Of a stretch of 64,000 bases of DNA, positions 1 to 13,389 are shown piece after piece. Both the position numbers and the translations under genes were made by a program. The number at the start of each line of letters is the position of its first letter. Position 1 is the first letter of the stretch. The notes under the pieces are model-generated. The model was not told where the DNA came from. It did not search any database and saw nothing but the letters and a program-made list of their open reading frames with translations. This DNA is from Escherichia coli (GTDB taxonomy: Bacteria > Pseudomonadota > Gammaproteobacteria > Enterobacterales > Enterobacteriaceae), in assembly GCF_041886205.1 (NCBI RefSeq), contig NZ_CP169029.1. One strand, 5' to 3'.

Positions 1-1516
1 TTTCCAGACAATCGCTGATAAACGATGAGAGCAGCGGTACAGGTGCCCAGTCGCGATGGCCGATATCACAAATATTGCTGCCCTCAACCATCAGGGTGAT
101 GTAGTGGCTGATCTTGGCGCGGATCTGCTCCAGTAAACCTTCATAAGTCAGCGCAGCATTGCCTTCATTTTCATGCAGGCAGATTTCCATCACTTTCAGC
201 AGATTAAACATCGCGATGTCATGCAAGCCGTAGGTTCTGCCGGGAATAGATAATTCCACACAGCCCACTACGGAATAGTCGCGCGCATCTTCCAGCGAAA
301 CGCCACGGTTGAGGAACGCTGGCACCACCACTTCATCGTTAAAGATTTGCGGAATACCGGTGCCGAAGCGAATGGTTTCGGCGGTTTTCATCAGGAACGG
401 CGTGTCGATCAAGGCGTTAGTGCGCACGCCGAGGTTCGGTTGCGGTAATTGCACGCTTTGATAGGCGTCAAGGCAAAGGAACGAAAGCACGTTCACCGCG
501 CTACGTCCGTTCTCGGTTAACCCGCCGAGCAGTGCGGTATAGCCGGTCGGGAAACCGGCGAAATAACGCGCGCTACTGGTGGAGCGCAACAGCACGATGT
601 CGTTGCATTTCACCCATAAAGATTCGAGCAGTTCTTTCAGGAACGCCGCATCTTCGCCCTGGGTTAATGATGTCTGATAGAACGGCAACATATACTGGTC
701 GAAGCGCCCCAACGATAGCGAACTGGCGTTGGATTCGTATTGCAGAATGATGTTCATGTACCAGAATAACTGGCACGCCTGCCAGAACGTCTGCGGCTTA
801 TGTTGCGCGTTATGGCGGGAGATCTCTGCAATAGTCAGCAGCTCTTCGCGACGCTGGGCATCTGTGCAGTTTGCCGCCATCGTTTCCGCCAGTTCGGCGT
901 AACGCAAAATGTGTTTCTGCGAGGCTTCCAGCAGTAACAACGCGGCCTGATAAAAGTGATTCTCCGGCTGTTGCTGACAATGTTGCTGCATCTGTGCCAC
1001 CAGCTCACCCAGCCCGTGATTCAACAGGCGTGGGTAATCAATAATAATGTGCCCCTGGCCTTTATCCGTCTGGTTGATGCTGAAAATCTGCGTGTTGGTC
1101 GCGGCTTTTACTTCATCTGTCATCTGCCCGTTGATGAAATCTTTCATCGAACGTTTTTCCCAGTACGGGAACAACTCTTCACGGTAGATACGTTTATCTT
1201 CTTCGCTGATAGCAAAGCGGTCCTGCGGACGCGTCGGGAATTGATCCAGCTCTTTCAGCAGCCAGTAAGGGTCCATTTCCGGCGACATAATCCCGGCGCG
1301 CGGTTTTACGGTGCGGTTACCGGCAATCAGTTCTTCATCACGAATCGAAATTTCAACATGTTCAAGGATATACGCTGTTGCTTTCGCCCGGCGCAATATC
1401 ACCGGTTCGCCTTCGGTTTGCCGATGGCTGGCGGTATAAAGCAGCGCCCGCTCCAGCGAGATTTCACGGGTATTGGCAAACAGTGCAGTTTTGAGGCGAG
1501 AGATACGATTCGTCAT
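1..1516 (-). CDS. pflD: Glycyl-radical enzyme / formate C-acetyltransferase 2 (PflD), N-terminal ~505 codons; 3' end runs off the window
   Basis: Minus-strand ATG at 1514-1516 preceded by GGAG; translation begins MTNRISRLKTALFANTREISLER and stays open to the window edge; recognised as PflD family from memory. Confidence 0.85.
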   Translation of the reverse strand, partial: MTNRISRLKTALFANTREISLERALLYTASHRQTEGEPVILRRAKATAYILEHVEISIRDEELIAGNRTVKPRAGIMSPEMDPYWLLKELDQFPTRPQDRFAISEEDKRIYREELFPYWEKRSMKDFINGQMTDEVKAATNTQIFSINQTDKGQGHIIIDYPRLLNHGLGELVAQMQQHCQQQPENHFYQAALLLLEASQKHILRYAELAETMAANCTDAQRREELLTIAEISRHNAQHKPQTFWQACQLFWYMNIILQYESNASSLSLGRFDQYMLPFYQTSLTQGEDAAFLKELLESLWVKCNDIVLLRSTSSARYFAGFPTGYTALLGGLTENGRSAVNVLSFLCLDAYQSVQLPQPNLGVRTNALIDTPFLMKTAETIRFGTGIPQIFNDEVVVPAFLNRGVSLEDARDYSVVGCVELSIPGRTYGLHDIAMFNLLKVMEICLHENEGNAALTYEGLLEQIRAKISHYITLMVEGSNICDIGHRDWAPVPLLSSFISDCLE

Positions 1517-1566
1517 GAGGAACTCCTGTGGGAAAGCGAACCCGCCCTTGCGAGCGGGAGAAGAAC

Positions 1567-1887
1567 TTAAGCGGTTTGCGCCAGGTGAGCTTCAATTTTG
1601 CTCATAATGGCGTCAGCACGTTTTACTGCATCGCTGATGTTGACGCGCACGATGGTCTTGCCAGCAAAACGCTCTTCAAACTTGATGCCGATATCTTTGG
1701 TCAGAATCACCATATCAGCGCTCGCCACATCTTCCGCAGTCAGTTCATTTTCCAGACCAATTGACCCCTGGGTTTCTACTTTCACTTCCCAGCCTTTCGC
1801 TTTCGCGGCACTTTCCAGCGCCTCTGCTGCCATATAGGTATGGGCAACACCTGAAGGACATGCGGTTACTGCAATAATTTTCGTCAT
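1567..1887 (-). CDS. frwB: PTS fructose-like EIIB component
   Basis: 106-aa ORF MTKIIAVTACPSGVAHTYMAAEALE with phospho-Cys motif; position next to frwC. Confidence 0.9.
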   Translation of the reverse strand: MTKIIAVTACPSGVAHTYMAAEALESAAKAKGWEVKVETQGSIGLENELTAEDVASADMVILTKDIGIKFEERFAGKTIVRVNISDAVKRADAIMSKIEAHLAQTA

Positions 1888-1901
1888 GGCTCGTTCCTCA
1901 A

Positions 1902-2981
1902 TTAATTAATTTCAAAATCCAAATCCAGGTCGTCTTCTTTTTCATCAGTCGAAGACCCATTTTTACGCGCCAGACTTTTCAGCACGTTCACACAAACAGC
2001 CGTCACCACTGCTCCGACAGCCACTGCTGCGATATAACCCAGCTTGCCTTCAACCACCGGCAGCACAATCAGACCACCCCAGCCTGCATAGCACTGCGCA
2101 CCGACCAGCGCCGCAGTTACTGCACCACAAACTGAACCGACCATGATGGAAGGAATGACACGCAGCGGATCGGCAGCGGCGAAAGGAATCGCCCCTTCAG
2201 TAACGCCAACACAGCCCATCACCAGTGCCGCTTTGCCGGTTTCGCGCTCTTCTGCGGAGAAATTTTTACGACCAATCAGCGTCGCCAGCCCCATCCCCAG
2301 CGGCGGGATACAAATACCCACGGCAGCGATGGCCACCACGGTATAAACACCCTGAGCAACGCAAATCAGCATGAAGGCATAGGCCACTTTGTTAACCGGA
2401 CCGCCCATATCGAACGCCAGCATCAGACCCATGATCACCGCCAGCATAACAATGCTGCCCTGCTGCATCCCCTGAAGCCACTGAGTCAGGCTGTTGGTCA
2501 ACGCCCCTACAGGCTCGCCCAAGCCCCACATCATGATGCCTGCGGTAATCAGTGTGCCGACGATAGGAATAATGAAGATAGGCATCACCGAGCGCAGAAC
2601 TTTATGCACCGGAATTTTCTTCAGGTAATGCACCACGATGCCGCCGATAATCCCGGCGATCAGTGCACCAAAGAAGCCCGCACCAAAGCTGTTACCAACC
2701 CAGGCACCGATAGCGCACGGAGCCAGCGCAGAACGCTCTGCAATGGAATAACCGATGTACGCTGCGAGGAAAGGCACCATCAGCGTCAAGCCCGCAACGC
2801 CGATATCAAACAGTTTTTTCAGATTTGGATCGGCTACGGCATCCGGCACTGCGCCTTTGCCATACAACATGACGGAAACCGCCAGCAAAATACCGCCCGA
2901 TACCACGAAGGGAATCATGTGTGAAACGCCCGTCATTAAATGCTGACGGGTATTTTTCAGGATCTGCACCAACTCATTCAT
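1902..2981 (-). CDS. frwC: PTS fructose-like EIIC permease
   Basis: 359-aa hydrophobic multi-TM ORF; synteny frwC-frwB-pflD. Confidence 0.9.
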   Translation of the reverse strand: MNELVQILKNTRQHLMTGVSHMIPFVVSGGILLAVSVMLYGKGAVPDAVADPNLKKLFDIGVAGLTLMVPFLAAYIGYSIAERSALAPCAIGAWVGNSFGAGFFGALIAGIIGGIVVHYLKKIPVHKVLRSVMPIFIIPIVGTLITAGIMMWGLGEPVGALTNSLTQWLQGMQQGSIVMLAVIMGLMLAFDMGGPVNKVAYAFMLICVAQGVYTVVAIAAVGICIPPLGMGLATLIGRKNFSAEERETGKAALVMGCVGVTEGAIPFAAADPLRVIPSIMVGSVCGAVTAALVGAQCYAGWGGLIVLPVVEGKLGYIAAVAVGAVVTAVCVNVLKSLARKNGSSTDEKEDDLDLDFEIN

Positions 2982-3289
2982 AAGCTGCTCCCGGGCTTGC
3001 GAAAGCCCATGTCCATATTTTTGATGGAGGAAACAATAGGCAATCGCAGGCGGAGCAAACAGTGGATAAAAAGGCCATTTACTGGACTTTTGTAATATCA
3101 GTACAAAAATGCGATCCGCCTCATAACTTGCGATAAACCGGAAGCATGCCGCAAAACAGCGTCTTGTGAGACGCGTCGCAAATTGACGGTTACATTACAT
3201 TTGTCCAGCTTTTGGCAGATTTGTCACATGGCAGGCCGTTGCCGTGCGCTCTTATCCTGTAAACAGAAAACCGTACCGGGAGAGAGGCA

Positions 3290-5791
3290 ATGGCCCTGAT
3301 TGTGGAATTTATTTGTGAGCTACCTAACGGCGTACATGCGCGTCCGGCAAGCCACGTTGAAACGCTGTGTAATACTTTTTCATCACAAATTGAGTGGCAT
3401 AACCTGCGCACTGACCGCAAGGGCAACGCCAAAAGCGCCCTTGCGCTGATTGGCACCGATACGCTGGCGGGCGATAACTGCCAGTTACTGATTTCCGGGG
3501 CCGACGAACAGGAAGCGCACCAGCGTTTAAGCCAATGGCTGCGCGATGAATTCCCCCACTGCGATGCGCCGCTGGCGGAAGTTAAATCTGACGAACTGGA
3601 ACCACTGCCGGTTTCACTGACCAATCTGAATCCGCAAATTATCCGCGCCCGCACCGTGTGCAGCGGTAGTGCAGGCGGCATTCTGACGCCGATCTCTTCT
3701 TTAGATCTCAATGCGCTGGGTAATCTTCCCGCAGCCAAAGGCGTTGACGCCGAGCAATCCGCACTGGAAAACGGCCTGACGCTGGTACTGAAAAACATTG
3801 AGTTTCGTCTGCTGGATAGCGACGGTGCTACCAGCGCGATTCTGGAAGCGCACCGATCCCTGGCTGGCGATACTTCCCTGCGCGAACATTTACTGGCAGG
3901 TGTCAGCGCCGGATTAAGCTGCGCCGAAGCAATTGTCGCCAGTGCGAATCACTTTTGCGAAGAGTTCGCCCGTTCCAGCAGCAGCTACCTGCAAGAACGT
4001 GCCCTGGACGTACGCGACGTCTGCTTCCAGTTACTCCAGCAAATCTACGGTGAGCAACGCTTCCCGGCACCGGGCAAACTGACGCAGCCCGCCATTTGTA
4101 TGGCTGATGAACTGACTCCCAGCCAGTTCCTCGAACTGGATAAAAATCACCTCAAAGGTCTGTTACTGAAAAGTGGCGGCACCACCTCACATACCGTAAT
4201 TCTTGCCCGTTCGTTCAACATTCCGACACTGGTTGGTGTAGATATTGATGCCCTTACTCCGTGGCAGCATCAAACGATTTATATCGACGGCAACGCCGGG
4301 GCGATTGTGGTTGAGCCAGGGGAAGCCGTGGCCCGTTATTATCAGCAAGAAGCCCGCGTACAGGACGCTCTGCGTGAGCAACAGCGTGTCTGGCTGACCC
4401 AACAAGCGCGTACCGCTGACGGTATCCGCATTGAAATTGCCGCTAACATCGCTCACTCCGTGGAAGCGCAGGCCGCATTCGGCAATGGTGCGGAAGGCGT
4501 TGGTTTGTTCCGCACTGAAATGCTCTATATGGATCGCACCAGTGCACCGGGTGAAAGCGAGCTGTACAACATTTTTTGTCAGGCGCTGGAGTCTGCAAAC
4601 GGACGCAGCATTATTGTGCGCACTATGGACATTGGCGGCGACAAACCCGTTGATTATCTAAACATTCCCGCAGAGGCAAACCCGTTCCTCGGTTATCGCG
4701 CCGTGCGTATTTATGAAGAATACGCGTCGTTATTTACCACACAACTACGCTCGATCCTGCGCGCCTCCGCTCACGGCAGCCTGAAAATCATGATCCCGAT
4801 GATCTCCTCAATGGAAGAGATCTTATGGGTGAAAGAAAAACTGGCAGAAGCCAAACAGCAACTACGTAACGAACACATTCCGTTTGATGAGAAGATCCAG
4901 CTCGGCATTATGCTGGAAGTGCCGTCGGTGATGTTCATCATCGATCAATGCTGTGAAGAGATTGATTTCTTTAGTATTGGTAGTAATGACCTGACGCAAT
5001 ATCTGCTGGCAGTGGATCGCGATAACGCTAAGGTTACTCGTCACTACAACAGCCTGAATCCGGCATTCTTGCGGGCGCTCGATTACGCCGTGCAAGCGGT
5101 GCATCGCCAGGGCAAATGGATTGGTCTGTGCGGTGAACTGGGAGCGAAAGGTTCCGTGCTGCCGTTGCTGGTCGGTTTAGGGCTGGATGAACTCAGCATG
5201 AGCGCACCATCAATTCCGGCGGCGAAAGCGCGGATGGCGCAACTTGATAGCCGCGAATGCCGCCAGTTGCTCAACCAGGCAATGGCCTGCCGTACTTCGC
5301 TGGAAGTGGAACACCTGCTGGCACAATTCCGCATGACACAACAGGACGCACCGCTGGTCACCGCCGAGTGCATCACGCTGGAAAGCGACTGGCGCAGCAA
5401 AGAAGAAGTACTGAAAGGCATGACCGATAACCTGCTACTGGCAGGCCGCTGCCGCTATCCGCGTAAACTGGAAGCCGACTTGTGGGCGCGCGAGGCCGTT
5501 TTCTCTACCGGTCTGGGCTTTAGTTTTGCCATTCCACACAGCAAATCAGAACACATTGAGCAATCCACCATCAGCGTGGCGCGTCTGCAAGCGCCGGTGC
5601 GCTGGGGCGATGATGAAGCGCAATTCATCATTATGTTAACCCTGAACAAACACGCTGCGGGCGATCAGCACATGCGCATTTTCTCGCGCCTCGCTCGCCG
5701 CATCATGCACGAAGAATTCCGTAACGCGCTGGTTAACGCCGCCTCTGCCGACGCTATCGCCAGCCTGCTGCAACATGAACTGGAACTGTAA
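3290..5791 (+). CDS. ptsA: Multiphosphoryl transfer protein (HPr-EI-EIIA fusion) of fructose-like PTS
   Basis: 833-aa ORF with an EI-like PEP-utilising core ([21 protein letters not shown]) and C-terminal EIIA-like domain; divergent from frwC. Confidence 0.9.
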   Translation: MALIVEFICELPNGVHARPASHVETLCNTFSSQIEWHNLRTDRKGNAKSALALIGTDTLAGDNCQLLISGADEQEAHQRLSQWLRDEFPHCDAPLAEVKSDELEPLPVSLTNLNPQIIRARTVCSGSAGGILTPISSLDLNALGNLPAAKGVDAEQSALENGLTLVLKNIEFRLLDSDGATSAILEAHRSLAGDTSLREHLLAGVSAGLSCAEAIVASANHFCEEFARSSSSYLQERALDVRDVCFQLLQQIYGEQRFPAPGKLTQPAICMADELTPSQFLELDKNHLKGLLLKSGGTTSHTVILARSFNIPTLVGVDIDALTPWQHQTIYIDGNAGAIVVEPGEAVARYYQQEARVQDALREQQRVWLTQQARTADGIRIEIAANIAHSVEAQAAFGNGAEGVGLFRTEMLYMDRTSAPGESELYNIFCQALESANGRSIIVRTMDIGGDKPVDYLNIPAEANPFLGYRAVRIYEEYASLFTTQLRSILRASAHGSLKIMIPMISSMEEILWVKEKLAEAKQQLRNEHIPFDEKIQLGIMLEVPSVMFIIDQCCEEIDFFSIGSNDLTQYLLAVDRDNAKVTRHYNSLNPAFLRALDYAVQAVHRQGKWIGLCGELGAKGSVLPLLVGLGLDELSMSAPSIPAAKARMAQLDSRECRQLLNQAMACRTSLEVEHLLAQFRMTQQDAPLVTAECITLESDWRSKEEVLKGMTDNLLLAGRCRYPRKLEADLWAREAVFSTGLGFSFAIPHSKSEHIEQSTISVARLQAPVRWGDDEAQFIIMLTLNKHAAGDQHMRIFSRLARRIMHEEFRNALVNAASADAIASLLQHELEL

Positions 5792-5802
5792 AAGGAAACA
5801 TC

Positions 5803-6465
5803 ATGGAACTGTATCTGGACACCGCTAACGTCGCAGAAGTCGAACGTCTGGCACGCATATTCCCGATTGCCGGGGTGACAACTAACCCGAGCATTATCGC
5901 TGCCAGCAAGGAGTCCATCTGGGAAGTGCTGCCGCGTCTGCAAAAAGCGATTGGTGATGAGGGCATTCTGTTTGCTCAGACTATGAGTCGTGACGCGCAG
6001 GGTATGGTGGAAGAAGCGAAGCGCCTGCGCGACGCCATTCCGGGCATTGTGGTGAAAATCCCGGTGACTTCCGAAGGTCTGGCCGCCATTAAGATGCTGA
6101 AAAAAGAGGGTATTACTACGCTTGGCACCGCAGTGTACAGTGCTGCACAAGGGTTACTGGCCGCGCTGGCAGGGGCAAAATACGTTGCTCCGTATGTTAA
6201 CCGCGTAGATGCCCAGGGCGGAGACGGCATTCGTACGGTTCAGGAGCTGCAAGCGCTGTTAGAAATGCACGCGCCAGAAAGCATGGTGCTGGCAGCCAGC
6301 TTTAAAACGCCGCGTCAGGCGCTGGACTGTTTACTGGCAGGATGTGAATCCATCACCCTGCCCTTAGATGTAGCGCAACAAATGCTCAACACCCCTGCGG
6401 TAGAGTCAGCTATAGAGAAGTTCGAACACGACTGGAATGCCGCATTTGGCACTACTCATCTCTAA
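5803..6465 (+). CDS. fsaB: Fructose-6-phosphate aldolase 2 (transaldolase-like)
   Basis: 220-aa [36 protein letters not shown], transaldolase/FSA family. Confidence 0.9.
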
Positions 6466-6475
6466 AGGAGCAATT

Positions 6476-7579
6476 ATGGACCGCATTATTCAATCACCGG
6501 GTAAATACATCCAGGGCGCTGATGTGATTAATCGTCTGGGCGAATACCTGAAGCCGCTGGCAGAACGCTGGTTAGTGGTGGGTGACAAATTTGTTTTAGG
6601 TTTTGCTCAATCCACTGTCGAGAAAAGCTTTAAAGATGCTGGACTGGTAGTAGAAATTGCGCCGTTTGGCGGTGAATGTTCGCAAAATGAGATCGACCGT
6701 CTGCGTGGCATCGCGGAGACTGCGCAGTGTGGCGCAATTCTCGGTATCGGTGGCGGAAAAACCCTCGATACTGCCAAAGCGCTGGCACATTTCATGGGTG
6801 TTCCGGTAGCGATCGCACCGACTATCGCCTCTACCGACGCACCGTGCAGCGCATTGTCTGTTATCTACACCGATGAGGGTGAGTTTGACCGCTATCTGCT
6901 GTTGCCAAATAACCCGAATATGGTCATTGTCGACACCAAAATCGTCGCGGGCGCACCTGCACGTCTGTTAGCAGCGGGTATCGGCGATGCGCTGGCGACC
7001 TGGTTTGAAGCGCGTGCATGCTCTCGTAGCGGTGCGACCACCATGGCGGGCGGCAAGTGCACCCAGGCGGCGCTGGCACTGGCTGAACTGTGCTACAACA
7101 CCCTGCTGGAAGAAGGCGAAAAAGCGATGCTTGCCGCCGAACAGCATGTAGTGACTCCGGCGCTGGAGCGCGTGATTGAAGCGAACACCTATTTAAGCGG
7201 TGTAGGCTTTGAAAGTGGTGGTCTGGCTGCGGCGCACGCAGTGCATAACGGCCTGACCGCTATCCCGGACGCGCATCACTATTATCACGGTGAAAAAGTG
7301 GCATTTGGTACACTGACGCAGCTGGTTCTGGAAAACGCACCGGTTGAGGAAATCGAAACCGTAGCTGCACTTAGCCATGCGGTAGGTTTGCCAATAACTC
7401 TCGCTCAACTGGATATTAAAGAAGATGTCCCGGCGAAAATGCGAATTGTGGCAGAAGCGGCATGTGCAGAAGGTGAAACCATCCACAACATGCCTGGCGG
7501 CGCGACGCCAGATCAGGTTTACGCCGCTCTGCTGGTAGCCGACCAGTACGGTCAGCGTTTCCTGCAAGAGTGGGAATAA
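6476..7579 (+). CDS. gldA: Glycerol dehydrogenase
   Basis: ORF-track entry 6437..7579 trimmed to internal ATG 6476 ([17 protein letters not shown]); iron-containing ADH family; 367 aa. Confidence 0.9.
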
Positions 7580-7587
7580 GCTATGTC

Positions 7588-7612
7588 AAACTCCCGGCCT
7601 GTCCGGGAGTTT
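7588..7612 (+). terminator. Hairpin immediately after the gldA stop
   Basis: Perfect 10-bp inverted repeat aaactcccgg / ccgggagttt with 5-nt loop, 9 nt after the stop codon. Confidence 0.5.
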
Positions 7613-7624
7613 GAACGCAAAATA

Positions 7625-7722
7625 GCCTGATGCGCTACGCTTATCAGGCCTACGCAATCTCTGCAATATATTGAATTTGCGTACCTTTGTAGGCCGGATA
7701 AGGCGTTCACGCCGCATCCGGC
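7625..7722. repeat. RIP/BIME-type element: two inverted REP sequences flanking an AT-rich IHF-site-like spacer
   Basis: gcctgatgcgctacgcttatcaggcctac ... aatatattgaatttgc ... gtaggccggataaggcgttcacgccgcatccggc; same architecture recurs at 23051-23148 and 43868-43966. Confidence 0.8.
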
Positions 7723-7853
7723 ACTCTGTGCCAGTAATCTGAAACTCCCACGTTGTTCAGGAGTTTTTTATCCGCTTCTGGACATTTTCTCCACAGAACA
7801 ATAGTTAGTCCGGAAGGTCGAATCTGTGACTCTTATTTTCACGGACGAACCAG

Positions 7854-8471
7854 ATGAAAGCTTCACTGGCGCTGCTCAGCCTGCTAACGGCATTTACCAG
7901 CCACTCCTTAAAATCTCTTGCCGTTCCACCAACCGTGGTACAAATCCAGGCCAATACCAACCTTGCCATCGCAGACGGTGCCAGACTGCAAATTGGCAGC
8001 ACGCTATTTTACGATCCGGCGTATGTGCAGCTTACCTATCCTGGCGGTGATGTCCCGCAAGAACGCGGTGTTTGTTCTGATGTGGTGATCCGCGCATTGC
8101 GCAGCCAGAAGGTCGATTTGCAGAAACTGGTTCACGAAGATATGGCGAAGAATTTTGACGATTATCCGCAAAAGTGGAAGTTAAAGCGCCCGGACAGCAA
8201 CATCGATCACCGTCGGGTACCTAATCTGGAAACCTGGTTTACCCGCCACGATAAAACACGCCCCACCAGCAAGAACCCCAGTGACTATCAAGCGGGCGAT
8301 ATTGTCTCCTGGCGATTAGATAACGGGCTGGCACATATTGGGGTGGTTTCAGATGGCTTCGCCCGCGACGGTACGCCGCTGGTGATACATAACATTGGCG
8401 CAGGTGCGCAGGAAGAAGATGTGCTGTTTAGCTGGCGGATGGTGGGGCATTATCGTTATTTTGTTAAATAA
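7854..8471 (+). CDS. yijF: DUF1287-family secreted protein YijF
   Basis: 205-aa ORF with N-terminal signal peptide MKASLALLSLLTAFTSHS; synteny. Confidence 0.8.
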   Translation: MKASLALLSLLTAFTSHSLKSLAVPPTVVQIQANTNLAIADGARLQIGSTLFYDPAYVQLTYPGGDVPQERGVCSDVVIRALRSQKVDLQKLVHEDMAKNFDDYPQKWKLKRPDSNIDHRRVPNLETWFTRHDKTRPTSKNPSDYQAGDIVSWRLDNGLAHIGVVSDGFARDGTPLVIHNIGAGAQEEDVLFSWRMVGHYRYFVK

Positions 8472-8497
8472 GAGATCGCCCCACATGAAGAAAAAAT

Positions 8498-9403
8498 TCA
8501 GATCCTTTTTACACTGACGGCTTCTTTTTTCTTACGGCTCACCAGCGCCAGTGCCAGCACAATCAGCACAATACCGCTACCTTCAACGGCCCCCGGATTC
8601 TCGCCGAGCAGCCACCAGGAAAAGAGTACGCCGCAAACGGGAACGGCCAGTGTGCTTAAGCTGGCAATACTGGCAGGCAAGTTTTTCAATACAAACAACC
8701 ATAAGCTCCACGCCAGTGCCGTCGCCAGAATCGCACTGTAGGCCAGCGCCCAGAACACGGTGGGCTGCCAGTCAATTTCACGTTGCGGCACCAGTAAAGC
8801 GACCACACTCATCACCAGCGCCGCATAGAGCATCTGCCAGGATGTTAACGACAATAAATCCACGCGCGGATGACGGGCATACAGACGTTTAGCAACAATC
8901 GCGCTCGCCCCCCAACTAACACCGGAGAGGATTGCCAGCATGGCACTTTTCATCGAAGAGAAATCGAGTTGCCACGGCTGCAACACCAAAAATAAGCCGA
9001 AAGCGGCAATCAGAATCGCGAAATATTGCCCACGTCGCAGGCGTTCATCGAGAAACACCGCGGCGAAAATCACCACCCAGAACGGCATGGTATAGCTCAG
9101 GATCGCCACTTTCCCCGCTCCGCCGCTGACCAGCGCCCACTGCGCCAGGCCAACCATCCCGCAGGTTTGTAACAGCGCAATGGCTAAAGTGTATTTAAAC
9201 GGTGTCGGGCGCATTCCGCGGCCACGTAATAAAAGGACGATGAATAAAACGAGAGCGCCGAAAATGCAGCGTAAGGCGGTGAAGTCGAAGGCACCGATGT
9301 AGCTGGTGACTTGCTTCATGAAAATCCAGCTATAACTCCAGATAAGTGTGAGCACAACCAGGCCACTGATTGCCAGTGGGTTGCTCTTTCCTGCGGCAGA
9401 CAT
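8498..9403 (-). CDS. yijE: EamA/DMT-family inner-membrane exporter YijE
   Basis: ORF-track entry 8498..9436 trimmed to internal ATG ([17 protein letters not shown]); 10-TM EamA-like protein, 301 aa. Confidence 0.8.
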   Translation of the reverse strand: MSAAGKSNPLAISGLVVLTLIWSYSWIFMKQVTSYIGAFDFTALRCIFGALVLFIVLLLRGRGMRPTPFKYTLAIALLQTCGMVGLAQWALVSGGAGKVAILSYTMPFWVVIFAAVFLDERLRRGQYFAILIAAFGLFLVLQPWQLDFSSMKSAMLAILSGVSWGASAIVAKRLYARHPRVDLLSLTSWQMLYAALVMSVVALLVPQREIDWQPTVFWALAYSAILATALAWSLWLFVLKNLPASIASLSTLAVPVCGVLFSWWLLGENPGAVEGSGIVLIVLALALVSRKKKEAVSVKRI

Positions 9404-9496
9404 GAGAGATCCAGTGTGTAGTTTTCCTGTGGACACTATACGCCGGTAAAGAAACTTCAGCGACTGCCTGAAAGACAGTCGCTGAAGAAGGTCAGA

Positions 9497-11731
<2,235 letters not shown>

Positions 11732-12005
11732 TTATAATTGAATTAATCCACGGATGCGATAGTTGAGATCTTACATATTGTTGGTTAAAGAGATGTAGAT
11801 CAAATTGATCGTAATTAAGCTTTTTTGATTATGTCCGAATTCGGACAAATGCTTTATAAAAAAGGGTTTTAGCTTCATATCCTTCAAGTAATGAGGGAGA
11901 AAACAAGGCTGACAACCTTATTTTCCCGCCCTCATTTCGAGGCAGCATTTTGTGCTCTGTTTAAAATTTGTGATCACTGTGTGATTTTCACAAAAGCCAC
12001 ACTAT

Positions 12006-12899
<894 letters not shown>

Positions 12900-12945
12900 T
12901 TACCTCATCAATCGCTTGTTGTTATATGTTGTGTTGTGCACATCT

Positions 12946-12977
12946 ATCCATTTAGACGTCCAGATGTAAAGATGAAG
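12946..12977 (-). promoter_or_regulatory. Tandem met-box (MetJ operator) repeats upstream of metF
   Basis: agacgtcc agatgtaa agatgaag: three consecutive 8-mers resembling the AGACGTCT consensus, about 50-80 bp upstream of the metF start. Confidence 0.6.
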
Positions 12978-13307
12978 GAAAAGCCGCAGGGCGTCAACCG
13001 AAAAATGACCACTGATGGTGAGGAAAAATCAGGGAAGTTGAAATTTTTTCATCTGAAGAAAAAAACAGGGATACCAATGTTCAGTATGAGGTGAATATTG
13101 GGAAAATGCTGACGTTATTAATTTTATATTTATTTAAATGATGATTCATTCTGATTTATTTACTTAAAAAATGAATTATATTTTCAAATAAAACAAAAAG
13201 ATACTTTAAGCCTCTCCGGCCTCCTCGCTTTTAATTTTGAACCACTTCAAACAAATAATAAATTCCTAAGAATTAAGTTGCAGACAAATTATACATCCCT
13301 CACGATA

Positions 13308-13335
13308 AGTAGAACGTTCTAGTAGAACGTTCTAC
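13308..13335. promoter_or_regulatory. Tandem palindromic operator-like site upstream of the PTS gene
   Basis: aagtagaacgttctagtagaacgttctact: two abutting copies of a palindrome centred on CG (TAGAACGTTCTA); the second copy is a perfect 16-bp palindrome AGTAGAACGTTCTACT; lies about 55 bp upstream of the PTS start codon. Confidence 0.5.
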
Positions 13336-13389
13336 TTATATAAATAATCGTTCTTGCGCAGTCATCTGCGCTATTCGGGGGAAATCAGC

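Noticed and set aside
956-1570. 204-aa plus-strand ORF at the start of the window
   Set aside because: It is antisense to the pflD coding region, whose translation is recognisable on the minus strand; the ORF-track omits pflD only because the gene has no stop inside the window.
3190-3798. 202-aa minus-strand ORF spanning the frwC-ptsA control region and the ptsA 5' end
   Set aside because: It overlaps the well-supported ptsA start in antisense and has Ser/Ala/Arg-rich composition typical of out-of-frame translation of GC-rich DNA.
11941-12005. TGTGA-rich inverted repeats (tgtgatcactgtgtgattttcaca) just downstream of metF as a CRP site
   Set aside because: The spacing between TGTGA and TCACA is 3 bp rather than the 6 bp of CRP sites; I cannot distinguish a weak terminator from chance symmetry.
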